From Chiloscyllium plagiosum (lineage: Eukaryota): DNA of 64,000 nt. The notes below the pieces were generated by a model that worked only from the letters and a program-made list of their open reading frames with translations, made no database searches and was not told the DNA's origin. Each line of letters begins with the position of its first letter. Within the stretch, counting starts at the first letter, position 1. The position numbers and the translations under genes were made by a program. The stretch covers positions 62,426,862 through 62,490,861 of the forward strand of contig NC_057719.1 in the NCBI RefSeq assembly GCF_004010195.1, in the 5' to 3' direction. This document shows, piece by piece, positions 51,868 to 64,000 of this stretch.

Positions 51868-53480
51868 TTTTATTCATTGACAGGATGTGGACATTGCTGG
51901 CCCAGCCTTAATTGCTCTTCAGAAAGTGGTGATTGACTGCTTTCCTGAACCATTGCAATCCATTTGGTGTACTTGAACATATAGAGAGTCAGAGATATGC
52001 AGTATGGAAAGGGGCCCTTCGGCCCAACCTGTCTGTGCTTACCAGATTTCCTAAACTGAACAAGTCCGATTTGCCTGCATTTGGCCCATATTCTTCTTAA
52101 ATCTTTCTTATTCATGTACCTGTCCAAATATCTTCTAAATGTTGTCCTTGTACTCACCTCTACTACTTCCTCTGGTAACTTGTTCCATATTTGCATCACC
52201 CTCTGTGTGAAAAGTTGCCCTCAGGTTTGTTTTCTTAAATCTTTTCCCTCTCATGATAAACCTATGCCCTCTAGTTTTGGATCCCCCTATCCACACCTTT
52301 TCTATGATTTTATCCTGATTTTATAAATCTCTATAAGGTCAGCTTCTGACACTCCAGGAAAATAGCTCCAGTCTATTCAGTCTGTCCTTTATAAATCAAA
52401 CCTTTCAGACTCAGTAACATTGTTATAAATATCTTGTGCACCCTTTCCAGTTTAATAACATGCTTCTTATAAAAGGGTAACCAGAATTGTGTGGACTGCT
52501 CCAAGTGTGGCCTCATCATATCTTGTACAGCTGTAACTTAATGTTCAAACTCCTGTACTCAATACTCTGATTGAAAGCAAGCATGCCAAATGCCGCCTTC
52601 ACCACCCTGTCTACCTGTGACTCCACTTTCAAGGAACTATGTACCTGCACCTCTGGGTCTCTGTTCGCTTGCCCTAGTTTGCCTTTCCAAAATGCAACAC
52701 CTTACATTGATCTGCATTAAACTCCATTTGCCATTCCTTGGTCCACTGGTCCAGTTGATTAAGATGTCATTGTACTCTAAGTTAACCTTCTTCACTCTCC
52801 AGGATGCCTCCAGTTTTAGTATTATCTGCAAATTTACTAATCATATCTCCTGAGTTCTCATCCACATTGTATATTTACACAGTGCTATTTGGGAGCTAAT
52901 TCCAAGATTTTGATGTGATGACCAGGAAGGAATGGCAACATATTTCCAAGTTAGGATGGTGAGTTGCTTGGAGGGAATGTTGTAGGTGGTAATATTTTTA
53001 AATAGCTGCTGCCCTTATCCTTTCAGATGGTCATGGGCTTGGAAGGTGCTATCTAAGGAGCCTTGGGTGAATTACTGCAGTACATTTTTTTTATAATACA
53101 TGCTGCTACAGAGTGTAGGTGATGGAGCGATTTAGTGCCAATCAAAGGGCTGCTTTGTTCTCAATGGTGCCAAGCTCCTCAAGTGTTGTTGGAGCTGCAC
53201 TTATTCAGTCAAGTGGAGAGTATTGCGGAATACCCCTGACTTGTGCCATGTAGATGGTTGACTGGATTTGTCGAGTCAGGAGCTGAGCTACTAACTGCAA
53301 GACTTGCAGCCTCTGACCTGCTCTTGTAGCCATGGTATTTCTATGACTTGTCCAGTTCAGATTCTGATCAACGGTAAATTCTCAGGGTGTTAATAGTGAA
53401 CTTTCCGTGATGGGTAATGGCATTGAATGGCAAGGCATAATGGTTACATTCTGTCTTGTTGGAGATGATCATTACCTGGC
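51868..53480 (-). mobile_element. LINE 3' portion interrupted by a CR1 fragment (about 51985-52880)
   Basis: Flanks match the family of 4695-4960; the insert has the CR1 tail and ORF WNKLPEEVVEV. Confidence 0.75.
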
Positions 53481-54599
53481 ACTTATGTGGCATAAATCTT
53501 CACTCCCTCTCCTCCTTTCATTGGTCTGTCTGCTTCCAGTAAAAAGCAGTGAATGCTTACTGAATTTATACTTTTTTTGCATACTCTGTTTCATTTAACT
53601 ATAGCAAACAAAATTCACTTTTGTTAACCTTACACAGAGCTTTTAGTTTTGACAAGCTGTCCTTGCATAGCGCTTTTCCTGGATTCACAAAGTAGGCAAA
53701 TATTTTCTGAGCAATTAAAGGGTATATTATAGTTACTAATTCTATATTATTTGAACCTATATTCTCATACAAGTTTTTTTTTCCATCAAATACCGTGATC
53801 CAAGTTGGTCTCAGCCCATGCTATTTACTGATGGTTATCAATTTGGTCTACCATCAGAGATGACAGTGAGGGTAATAGATTGTGACTCACTCCATTTACA
53901 GACCCTGAAAGCTGCACTGTTCAATCAGTACTGCAGTTTACTGCACTCCAATAGTGACAGAATGCTGTTTTACAGGAGCTGTTTTCCAATTAACCCACAG
54001 CCTTGTCCAATGCAGAAAGCAATTTTCAACTCGTCCTATGAGGTAAACGATCGTCCTTTTATCGAGCCCATGCACAATGGCTTCATCGAACTATGCCACC
54101 TTTCACTGAAGGGACCCTCAGTGTATTAAGTGTATGAAGTGATTTACCTTTTCAACGTGAGTGGGATCCACTGGATTGTATAGAGAAGGAAATTGAAAAA
54201 GCAACTGTAATGGATTTGGTACGATTTAATTGGGGTCAATGACACCATCATTCCCTGGTGCAGCAAAATTCAGTAATTGATCCCAAATATATTTACAAAT
54301 GTCAAACATTGCAAAGGAAGGCTGATTTGGAATGTCCACTGAGTTATCAAAGCAAACCAGCTAGTCCAAGTCTATTTTTAACAGAATTCAAATTTACATG
54401 TTGTTCTGCATCCTTAGGTGCTGAACAATTAATAATAATTTTCTAGGTGTTTTTCATGATCGAGTAAAATAATTTGAACTGTGATCTTTGTATGTTCCCA
54501 CCTAACTCCATTCATTGCCTAGCCAAACTCCTCTTCCCTTTTCTGTCCAATTCCACGAACTTGCAGACCTTCTCCAAACTTTCTGTCCTGGTACCTGTG

Positions 54600-55400
54600 T
54601 CAGCTGAACATTTTTTGGTGGTGGTCTGCCCCTCTTCGTACCTTCCATCAGTAACTTTTTCTTCAGGTTTTTGTGATTTTTAAAAAATACCCCTGGATTC
54701 CACTACTTTGCAAAGCCACTCCTTTATATTCAACCCCTACTTCCACTCTAAAGTCCTCCAATGTGTCGTCCCATCCCAAATCCCTGCCCATTGTTTCTGA
54801 AATATCCCTGTCCCACTATGTAACAATTCTTGTCAAAGTCACAATTGGCATCATTTGTGTTTCTCCTTCATTCTTCAGCTGTGTACAGTCTGCGGTTAAC
54901 CACACAACACTTTTCCAATACCTGGCCACAGAGGTCCACGTGGGTGGATACTGGTTTTGCTTGGCTCCATTCCCCTCTATCTATTTGTAGTCAGAGAATC
55001 ATTGCGCAGGCTTTTATTCCTGTTCCTACAGTGTTATGTCTGTTTTTTGTACCCCTCCTGCTCTGCGCTGTAGGCTGATTCCCCGTGAAAACATAATTTC
55101 AGTTATCACAAGTCTGCTGATGACACCCAGATCCGACTTCCATACCACCGCTCTTGATCTCTCCACTATCATTAAATTATCAGCCTGCTTATCCTCCCTC
55201 CAGCACTCTTATTAATTATGTAGAAGACTGCAGTCTTTTACTTCAGTTCTGGCCACAAGGATCATTCCTTTGTTACTGATTGCTGAATCCTCACTGCAGT
55301 TTTCTTTCAATATAAAGTTCACAATCAGGGTGCTTCAAGAGATGAGAACTGGAAACCATACATGCACAAACTAACGAATATTTATTACCGTTTACCGAAA
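54600..55400 (+). mobile_element. old L2-like RT relic
   Basis: gctgatgacacccagatc (ADDTQI) at about 55115; LVKVT...VNHTTLFQYL upstream. Confidence 0.6.
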
Positions 55401-55616
55401 CATTGTTTAGCAGGATTCCATGAGAGACATCTTCCCTCAGGTCCCACTCCAGTGTGAGATGACTTCACTGATGTGATATTATTAGCATTATAAACACAAT
55501 TAGTATACCAGCTCCTGACCTCTCCTACTACACTGCCAACTAGACTTTTGAGTCATTGTTGAGAACTCTTATTTCATACACTGTTATATCACCTGACCCC
55601 AGCTCTGCTTCAGCTC

Positions 55617-56212
55617 TTAAGACATAGGAGCAGAAATTAGGCCATTCAGCCCATTCAGCTCCACCATTCAATCATGGCTGATAAGTTTCTCATCCTCATT
55701 CTCCCACTTTCTTGCTGTAACCCTTGATCACTTTGATATTCAAGAACCTATCTATCTCAGTCTTAAATATACTCAATGACCTGGCCTCCACAGCCTCCTG
55801 TGACAATGAATTCCACAGATTCACCACTCTGGTTGAAGAAGTTTCTCTTTATCTCCATTCTAAAAGGTCTCCCCCTCACTCTAAGGCTTTGCCCTTGACT
55901 CCCAGTCTCTCCTACCGATGTAAATATCTTCCGAACGTCCACTCTGTCCAGGCCTTTCTGTATTCTGCATGTTTCAAACAGATCCGCTCCTCATCCTTCT
56001 AAACTTCATCAAGTATAAACCCAGAATCCTCAAACATTTCTCATATGTTAAGCTTTTCATCCCTGGGACCATTTTCGTGAATCTCCTCTGAACACGCTCC
56101 AGAACCAGTACATCCTTCCTAAAATGTGGGGCCCAAAACTGCTCACAATACTCCAAATGTGGTCTGACCAGAGCCGTATAGAGCCTCAGAAGTACATCCC
56201 GCTTTTATATTA
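55617..56212 (-). mobile_element. CR1 3' fragment
   Basis: ORF 55974..56156 EYCEQFWAPHFRKDVLVLERVQRRFTKM. Confidence 0.9.
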
Positions 56213-59200
56213 AAAACCTGCTCACCCCTTCCTTTGTTACCTTTAGCCTTGATTATTATAATGCATTCATGATGACCTCCCACACTCTCAATTCCACCCG
56301 ACTCACAAAATCTGAGGTCCATCCAAATCATTGCCAGTTAACCATGCTGTAATTTTAAAATTGACCTGTTTAAAATACATTTGTCATCTCAAATCTACCA
56401 TTTTCAAATTAGTGCTTGCTATTTCATTTGAAGTGACTTAAGCTTGAGTTATCATTACAGGATTAGTGCTGCACGGATCATTTCAAGTACCCTTCATTGT
56501 CAGAGTGGGTGCCTACTGTTTTATAGTTTGACTGACAACTCCAAGCAGTTATAAATTCTTTAAAGTAGAATAATGAATTCTGGTTTCTTTTTGAAAATGA
56601 AATTTAGTGCAGCGATGGAGTTTTTGATCCATAAAATTGTATTTTTTTTAAATACCTGAATTGTAGTTACATACGTGAAACTTTTTTATATTTCACCTCA
56701 GCATGGCAATGTGATGGATGGTGAGTTGATGGAGTAGGTGTAAGGGTGAAGTTTAGTAGATGGATTGTAATAAGCTGGCACTTAATTGGCATTGAGGTTA
56801 TGATGTGCCATATGGAAGGTGGATGGAGGGATTAGATTGACATGAAGTGTTTAAGGGGCCATGAGGATTGGTTTCAGGGATATGTTTGGTATTGGGGGCA
56901 TTAGATGGCATAGTCAGACAAGGATGCAAAACATGTGAAGGTTAGAAAATGGCTTTTCTGGGTTTTTTTTCCTCTCCTTGCTTTGGCAAAGTCCTGATGC
57001 ACCGAAGCAGAGCTTCTGGGAAATCCAGCTTCTCATTGCTTCTGGTTCACCTATTACAATTCTGATGATAAACTCAATCCCCTCCCTGAAACATCTCATA
57101 GGGGCGCAATGTCCTCTGCATGGTTTGAGCAGTGTGTAATTGTTCTCAACTCTGTGTTGTAAACCCAGGAATGAAAGATTCAGACCGAAGTATCTGGTTA
57201 AACCCTGGTCTATCCGAGAGAAGTTTCATATTGTGATGTTGGCCCACAGCTCTTCTGTGTTTTTCCCTCCTGACAAAGGATTAAGAAACTAAGATACTGT
57301 TGACGTAACATTGACTGCCCTTCCTAACCTTGTGCCAAACTATCTTGTGAAAGGAAACAGTAGGTTTGGACTCTTTATAAATAAATGAGTTCCAGGCACA
57401 GGCTCACCTGTTTCAAGGATAAGATTTGCAATTCTAAGAAGCATTTGAAAAGGAATTAATGCTTTAAGAAGATGAGAATTATAATCAGATTATCTTCTCA
57501 ATTCTCGTGGAAGGCAGAACAAAATAATCCATTTGTGACGATGGCCGCAGGTTTATGCCCTGTTCTCTCTCTCTGATATTTTCGGGCCTAGATCATTGCT
57601 CTGCCCATTCTTTGGCTTACTACCTACTATAGAATACTGTACATTGTTATCATTGAGTGAAATGATTCAGAGTTGAAAAAAGATGGATACTAATCTTTTA
57701 GTATCTCAACAGCCAGATTTCGGTGAAAAATACAACTTTGAATTTGGTATTTCTACCTTTCTAGCACTATACAAACCTCTTGCCCAAAGTGTTTTCTTTA
57801 GTTTCATCCTATATATAAAATGTGCTTTATATCTTTGGCTGTATATGCTGGATAAGAAACTGCTACCTGTCAATCTGTATTGTTCCCATCATTTAACAAT
57901 TTATGGAAGATTAAGCTGATTGAAAGAAATTTTGCAGTTTGAGGAAATCTGCATGGACTATCTCAAATCGGATCGTCCCAAAATGAGACTGGTAATCCTT
58001 CAGCACAGATGGCAATCACTCTGATAGAATCAGCCACAGAGAAACTAACACCTGATCTCCTCATAACGTCAATCACAAAACTTCCTTTTTGAATAAACAT
58101 GTAATGCATCAAGCAGTTGGAGACAAAAGTTATATACTCTCATATTACTAGACTTGGATGTTTTGTACACCAAGCATAAAAATTGAGATCTAGCTACTCT
58201 TGACCAAGTGACATATGACAAATTTCATTCGTTATTTTCTCCCACATTGATATTATTTCATTCAGTGTGCAATGCTTTCACCTAAATGGTACATGGTTTT
58301 GAATTGTATAATGTAAATGCTTGTCTCTTAGCCAGATTTCAGAAGAGACCAAAAATCTGAAATAAAGCTAAATGTCTAGTAGTATCTTGCGAGATACCCA
58401 GACTCTCACTCTCACACTTACTTACATACTGATTTTTGCACGCACACTCTCTCACATGCGCTCACACTAATACACAGGTCTAAAAATTGGAAAGTAGAGA
58501 ATTTGGCATATTTGCCTGGGATAAAGCTTGATCTACAATTATTGAATATAATGGAGCAATTAGAGGAGTTCCATTATCAAAACCGTTGAGATTTGAATTG
58601 GTATAAAAAAGATTAGTTTCCCTCTCCAGTGTGTCATAGATTGTGTTTTTTAACGATCAGTTCATTATGGAGACTCTGCTCCTTGTCTTGTTTACTGTCT
58701 ACCCAGTCCAATGGATCTCTCAGGACATGAGAGTTAATTTGTGACAGGAAATGAAAACATTAAGAAGGTTTCTTGAGGGATTCATAGCTCAAAATATCTC
58801 AATGAATAAAGAAATTAAAATAATAAATGACAAATTAATTTGAGACTGTTTAACATCATGTGAAGTCAAGTGGAATGCAAAGCAGCCTCCATTAATCTGA
58901 AGGTGCTAACTCTATGTGCAGGTAATGTTTCAACTTAGTGCAGCGGTCTCATTTTCAGGATTCCTATCTGTTTGGTAACTATGTAAGAATGAACGGCAAT
59001 AAATATTTACATATGTAATAGTCAACAAATTAGACTAAATGTTGCATTGTATGAATAATCAAGTTACTAATGTTATTGACACTTACAAATCTAACTGGGA
59101 ACCACCATTTAGATCCTTAAAAGTTTACCGGGGTTGCATGCAGTGATGTCATGACAGTTTGCTTAGAATTTATTAAGAACATAATTTTAGTGGTGATTCT

Positions 59201-59949
59201 GAAAGGTTGAATTTTGAATATTGAAAGATGAGCATATCTAAACATCTGCTCCAAGCTTGGGAAAATTCAGACTCTTGTGACTCGAGTAGTCTCTATTTTT
59301 TTGAGTGATGATATGGAACAAAGCAGGCTATCATTTTCAAATAAAAGCATAATCGTGCCGATGTTGTAGATCTGAAACAAAACGAGAAAGTGTTGGAGAA
59401 AGCCTTCCAAGTCATTTAGGATGTAAAACATTAATTCTGTTTCTGTTTCCACAAGTGACAGATTTGCTGAATTTCTGGAGCATTTTCTCTTTATTTGTCT
59501 TCTAGCATGTCCCATGTCTGCTGAAGACTACTCAAATAACCATGTGTAGTTAGGTGGGATCCCTAATTTTTGGGTCAGTTGACCTGCTAGCTAACTGCAC
59601 CCTGTTAGACCTGATATGATTATTCCAGTGATTTGAGGATGGCATTTGTGAAAGGCAGTGGAGACCAAACATATGATCCAAGTCATGCATTGGGACCTTA
59701 CAGAAGTGGGGGCATGTTGATCTCCATGGGAACTGCCCAAGTTGTTTGAACTGCTGACAGGTAAGTTCCTACCTCCCATGGCCTTCTGCAAAAGTTCTCC
59801 TGATAAATATTAGCATAACTAATACAGTCTGAATGACTTTGAGAGACTTGGCAGCCAAACAGATGAACTTGTTCTGGATTCAACGTTTTGGGATGCACAA
59901 ATATCCTTGAAGCAATTATTGTCTGTCAAGTGTCAGGCCTTGGAGTTAA

Positions 59950-61620
59950 GGGCTTGAATGGGGAGGAATTTGTTTAGTGTGTGCTGAAAAATGTTCTTTA
60001 TCAATGCATAGATGTACCTATTAGACAAGGAGTAAAACTTGACCTTCTCATGGGAAATAAGGCAGGGCAAGTGACTGAGGTGTTAGTGAGGGAGTACTTT
60101 GCGACCAGTGACTACAGTTCTATTAGTTTTTAAATAGTCATAGAAAAGGGTGGCCTGGTCTAACAATTAAATTGGGGCAAGGCTAATTTTGAAGGTAATA
60201 GACAGGAACTTTCAAAAGTTGATTGGGGGAGGCTGTTTGCAGGCAAAGGGACGACTAGCAAATGGGAGGCTTTTCAAAGTGAGATAACGAGAGTTTAGAG
60301 ACAGTGTTCCTATTAGTGTGAAGTGCAATGCTGGGAGGCATTGAGGACACTGGATGACTAGAGATATTGATACTCTGGTCCAAACAAAGAATGAGGCATA
60401 TGTCAGGTATAGACAGCTGGGATCAAGTGAATCCCTTGAGTATAGAGAGAGAGAAGGAGTGTACTGCAGAGATCAGGAGAAATAAAAGGAGACACAGCTT
60501 TGGTAAGTGAGGTTAAGGAGAATCCAGAGATTCTACAAGGACATTAATGGCAAAAGAGTAACTCGGGAGAGATTAAGGTCCCTTAAAGATCAATGAGACC
60601 ATCTGTGTGTGAAGCTACAAGAGATTACTGACATACTAAACAAATATTTAGTATCAGTATTTATTGTGGAGAAAGACTGAGGCAAGGGAACTTGGGATGT
60701 CTTGAAAATAATCCACACTATAGAAGAGGTGGTGCTGGCAAGTCTTAAAACATACAAAGGTAAATAAATCCCTGAGACCTGATCAAGTGCATCCCAGGAA
60801 GTTGTGGAAGCTAGGGAAAAATTGCCAGATCCCTTACCAGAGATATTTGTCACCAGGCACACCTGAGGTGCCAGAAAAGTGGAGGGTAGCTAATGTTGTG
60901 CCATTTTTTAAGAGAGGCTGCAAGGAAAAAGAACCAGGAACTGTAGACCAGTGTTCCTCATGTCAGTGGTGAGTACATTTTGGAGATGATTGTTCGAGAC
61001 AGTATTTACATGCAGGTGGGGATTGGGGATAGTCAACATGGCTTTGTGTGTTGGAAAATGTCTTGGAAACCTAATTAGTTTTTTTTTAAGAGGTGACCAA
61101 GAGGATAGATGAAGGCAGAGTGGTAGATGTCATCTACATGGACTTTAGCAAGGCCTTCAACAAGGTTCCGCCCATGAAAGAGTGCTTAGACGATTAGATC
61201 ACATGGGATCCAGGGAGAGCTAGTGGCTTGACAATAGGAGATAGAGCTGAAAATGTGTTGCTGGAAAAGCGCAGCAGGTCAGGCAGCATCCAGGGAACAG
61301 CAGAATCGATGTTTCGGGCATAAGCCCTTCTTCAGGAACTTATGCCCGAAACGTCGATCCTCCTGTTCCCTGGATGCTGCCTGACCTGCTGCGCTTTTCC
61401 AGCAACACATTTTCAGCTCTGATCTCCAGCATCTGCAGACCTCACTTTCTCCTCAATAGGAGATAGAGTTTGTTGTTCGGACTGGAAGCTCGTGATAAGT
61501 GGTGTTCCACAGGGATAGGGTACACTTCTCTTCTTCATTTATAGAAATGATTTAGATACGAATATAGGAGGCATGGTTCGTAAGTAAGAGTCTGTCTCCA
61601 TGCTGTATGATTCTATGATA
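59950..61620 (+). mobile_element. degenerate, internally deleted CR1 ORF2
   Basis: Collinear with 34020-35500 (WRVANVVPFFK, ctacatggactttagcaaggcc), then jumps to the tail at about 61590. Confidence 0.88.
61247..61453 (+). mobile_element. young Penelope-like fold-back inserted in CR1
   Basis: Perfect TSD caataggagatagag (61232-61246, 61454-61468); about 80 bp arms with 3 mismatches; hammerhead core ctgaagaagggcttatgcccgaaacatc on the minus strand. Confidence 0.92.
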
Positions 61621-63291
61621 TTCAGAATGACAGATGAGGAAATGATCCGCTACACTGATATCTTCTCTCTGTTCATCGTGCTGTTTGCGGATGGGAAAGT
61701 GTGACGTGTATACTGGCTGTCTTTTGACATTGACTTTCTGACCTGAGCGTGTTCTTCATTTGATTCAGTTGGTTACTGAGCTATGGCTGATGGTTGTGGA
61801 TGCAGAATTTCTGATTCTACATTTCCTTGACAAACTGACATCACCTTGTTCAGGTCTTGCCACAGGGATACAGGACAAAGTATCTGCTATCATTCGCTGT
61901 CTGATCAGAACATGTTATGTCTTTGCTTCAAACCTCATCATCCTCTGTCTGAATCATTGTACTTGTGGAGGTGTTTGTGCAAACTCCTTAAAATTTAAGT
62001 GTGACACTGAAGATTTGTGGTTTGTCTCTACCTCTACCTTACCTGGAAATTGTGCAAAATCTGACAAGCAGCTAATGCTGCTTTCTCAAACACATGTATC
62101 TTTTTCCAGTCCATGTCAATGAAGTGGATGCATGAACTAGTCTTTGCTTTCCATTTTTTGTCATCTGGAAGAATAGAGAAGGTACGTTAGTGGCAATGAT
62201 GGGAGATCGTTTTGGGTCATAATGAACTAAAGTATCAGGGTATGTCAACATCTCTGTCTGATATTCTTAAAAAACCTCAGTGTTATGTCTGAGCACCATG
62301 TATTGTCTTGTCATTACAGCTGAAGAAGTGACTCTTGATCATAACTAGTTTGGGCAAGACTTGGCAATGTGGCTTACCATGTTTCTGAATCTCTGGAGTT
62401 CTGAGTTCCGAGGAGCTGGAATCTTCTTGATTGTTCTCGTAGGTCAACTGTGACACTGGATGTCTCCACACTATGCCCAAGGAACTTAACAGTCGACTCC
62501 AAAAATATGCATTTTCTTTGTGGAGTGCACATCCTGCTCCCTGTAGGTGTTGTAACACGAGGCTGTACTTTAGTGTCATATTTTGTCTGTGAAGATTCAT
62601 GGACTGGGACATCATCCATGTAAACATATGACTCGACTCAATCATTCTAGGATGTTTGACATTGTCCTCTGGAAGGTTTCCATTGCCAATGTGATGCTGA
62701 ACAATAGTGAACCAAAACATTCCAATTGGGATAAAATAAGACTCTACACAACTTGGAATCTTCTTCAAGGTTCGCTGCCAACAACCAGCTAAGCTGTTGT
62801 CCACAGATGCCATAGGCTGAGTTTCACTTTCAACTGCTTTGTGAGATCTGTGCACATTGTGTTAGATCCGTGGGGTTTTGCTACTGGTTCCATGCCAGGC
62901 ATCAGCTTGTTTCTGTCACGGATTGAATAACCCCATGTTTAACATAGAATCTGCTTCCTCCTTTACTTTTGATGATCGGAAAAGGAGTTTTCTTTCCTGT
63001 TTTAAACCAAATCCCTGCCTTTGGTTCAGCACCTAGGATGATGTGGTATGTTGCGTTCAACTTTGAGTGCTGTGAACCTCTGTCGAATGTTGTCCCTGCG
63101 TTTTCAGACTTTGATCACTCTGCTTTCCATGAGTTTCTCAGACTCTCCACTCTGCAAATCTGAGTTGTTGCAGGCTCTTATGTTGTGATTAATTCTGGTT
63201 TGGTATCGTATCTGCTTCAAAGTTTGGGAGAAGATTTGTAGCTCGGGTGCTCGTTGTTGTGGTTCTGTTCGCCGAGTTGGGAATTTGTGTT

Positions 63292-63331
63292 GCAGACGTT
63301 TCGTCCCCTGTCTAGGTGACATCCTCAGTGC
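63292..63331 (-). ncRNA. minimal type I hammerhead ribozyme
   Basis: Exact reverse complement of 63817-63856. Confidence 0.75.
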
Positions 63332-63816
63332 TTGGGAACCTCCTGTGAAACGCTTCTGTGATCTTTCCTCCGGCATTTATAGTGGTTTGTATCTGCTGCT
63401 TCCGGTTGTCAGTTCCAGCTGTCCGCTGCAGTGGCCGGTATATTGGGTCCAGGTCAATGTGCTTGTTGATTGAATCAGTGGATGAGTGCCATGCCCCTAG
63501 GAATTCCCTGGCTGTTCTCGGTTTGGCTTGTCCTATAATAGTAGTGTTGTCCCAGTCGAACTTCTGTTGCATGACAAGCAACGTGAGTTCGTCTGGGAGA
63601 ACACTACTATTATAGGACAAGCCAAACCGAGAACAGCCAGGGAATTCCTAGAGGGATGGCACTCATCCACTGATTCAATCAACAAGCACATTGACCTGGA
63701 CCCAATATACCGGCCACTGCAGCGGACAGCTGGAACTGACAACCGGAAGCAGCAGATACAAACCACTATAAATGCCGGAGGAAACATCACAGAAGCGCTT
63801 CACAGGAGGATCCCAA

Positions 63817-63856
63817 GCACTGAGGATGTCACCTAGACAGGGGACGAAACGTCTGC
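63817..63856 (+). ncRNA. minimal type I hammerhead ribozyme
   Basis: GCA-CUGAGGA-U-GUC-ACCUAGACAGGG-GAC-GAAA-C-GUC-UGC: stem I GCA/UGC, stem II, both boxes, GUC cleavage triplet. Confidence 0.75.
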
Positions 63857-64000
63857 AACACAAATTCCCAACTCGGCAACAGAACCACAACATCATATCT
63901 GCTTTCGATGAACTTCCATTGTATCTTGAAGGCTCGCATTCAGCCTCGAACCATGACTTCCTGGCTTCCATATTTATTATGATGACTGAAGATAACTTTT

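Larger units (their letters stand above)
63218..63891 (-). mobile_element. Penelope-like element 3' end as a near-perfect ~640 bp palindrome
   Basis: Mirror ORFs 63312..63620(-) and 63528..63836(+) with FDWDNTTIIGQ...REFLEGWH...INKHIDL (GIY-YIG C-terminus); TSD atc(g/a)tatctgctt at 63205-63217 and 63892-63904. Confidence 0.93.
61650..64000 (-). mobile_element. degenerate Gypsy/Ty3 relic interrupted by the PLE palindrome
   Basis: MDD...KYD..VQ...RKCIFLESTVKFLGHSV (62374..62619) resembles the Gypsy RT end; outer limits uncertain. Confidence 0.65.

Noticed and set aside
59610..59766. Strong donor cag|gtaagt at 59760
   Set aside because: Upstream frames contain stops and the acceptors are weak; there is no support for a coding exon.
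61247..61453. MITE or pre-miRNA interpretation of the ~200 bp hairpins
   Set aside because: Asymmetric arms, long variable TSDs, differing inversion points and hammerhead cores point to PLE termini.
62283..62855. 190 aa minus-strand ORF
   Set aside because: Largely an off-frame translation of a decayed Gypsy pol.
63312..63836. Apparent pair of paralogous 102 aa genes (MSYNSS...)
   Set aside because: They are the two arms of one palindrome, and their starts derive from the opposite arm.
1..64000. Prokaryotic systems (CRISPR arrays, operons, defence islands)
   Set aside because: No regularly spaced repeats or gene-dense regions; the content is vertebrate retroelement DNA.

Overview
Repeat-dense eukaryotic DNA, almost certainly from a cartilaginous fish. 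The repeats look like elasmobranch HE1/V-SINEs, CR1 LINEs sharing their 3' tail, and Deu-domain SINEs; the taxon is inferred from repeat content only. I could not recognise any intact host gene, so the window reads as intronic or intergenic, with one weak micro-exon candidate. Nearly all informative ORFs in the track are fragments of decayed transposons: CR1, L1, L2, Penelope-like elements (PLEs), Gypsy relics, two solo LTRs and two PIF/Harbinger relics. The most notable structures are: (1) at least six PLE insertions built as fold-back inverted repeats, with 13-19 bp target-site duplications (TSDs) and a recurring ~35-40 nt unpaired 3' tail; (2) minimal hammerhead-ribozyme cores in these PLE ends, intact in a ~640 bp near-perfect palindrome at 63.2-63.9 kb; (3) a PLE insertion that captured a 298 bp inverted copy of neighbouring host DNA; (4) a 104 bp locally templated duplication. 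These fit known PLE biology plus unusual local events. I found no evidence for a wholly new coding system. Family names come from motif recognition by eye, not database searches, and the boundaries of old relics are approximate.
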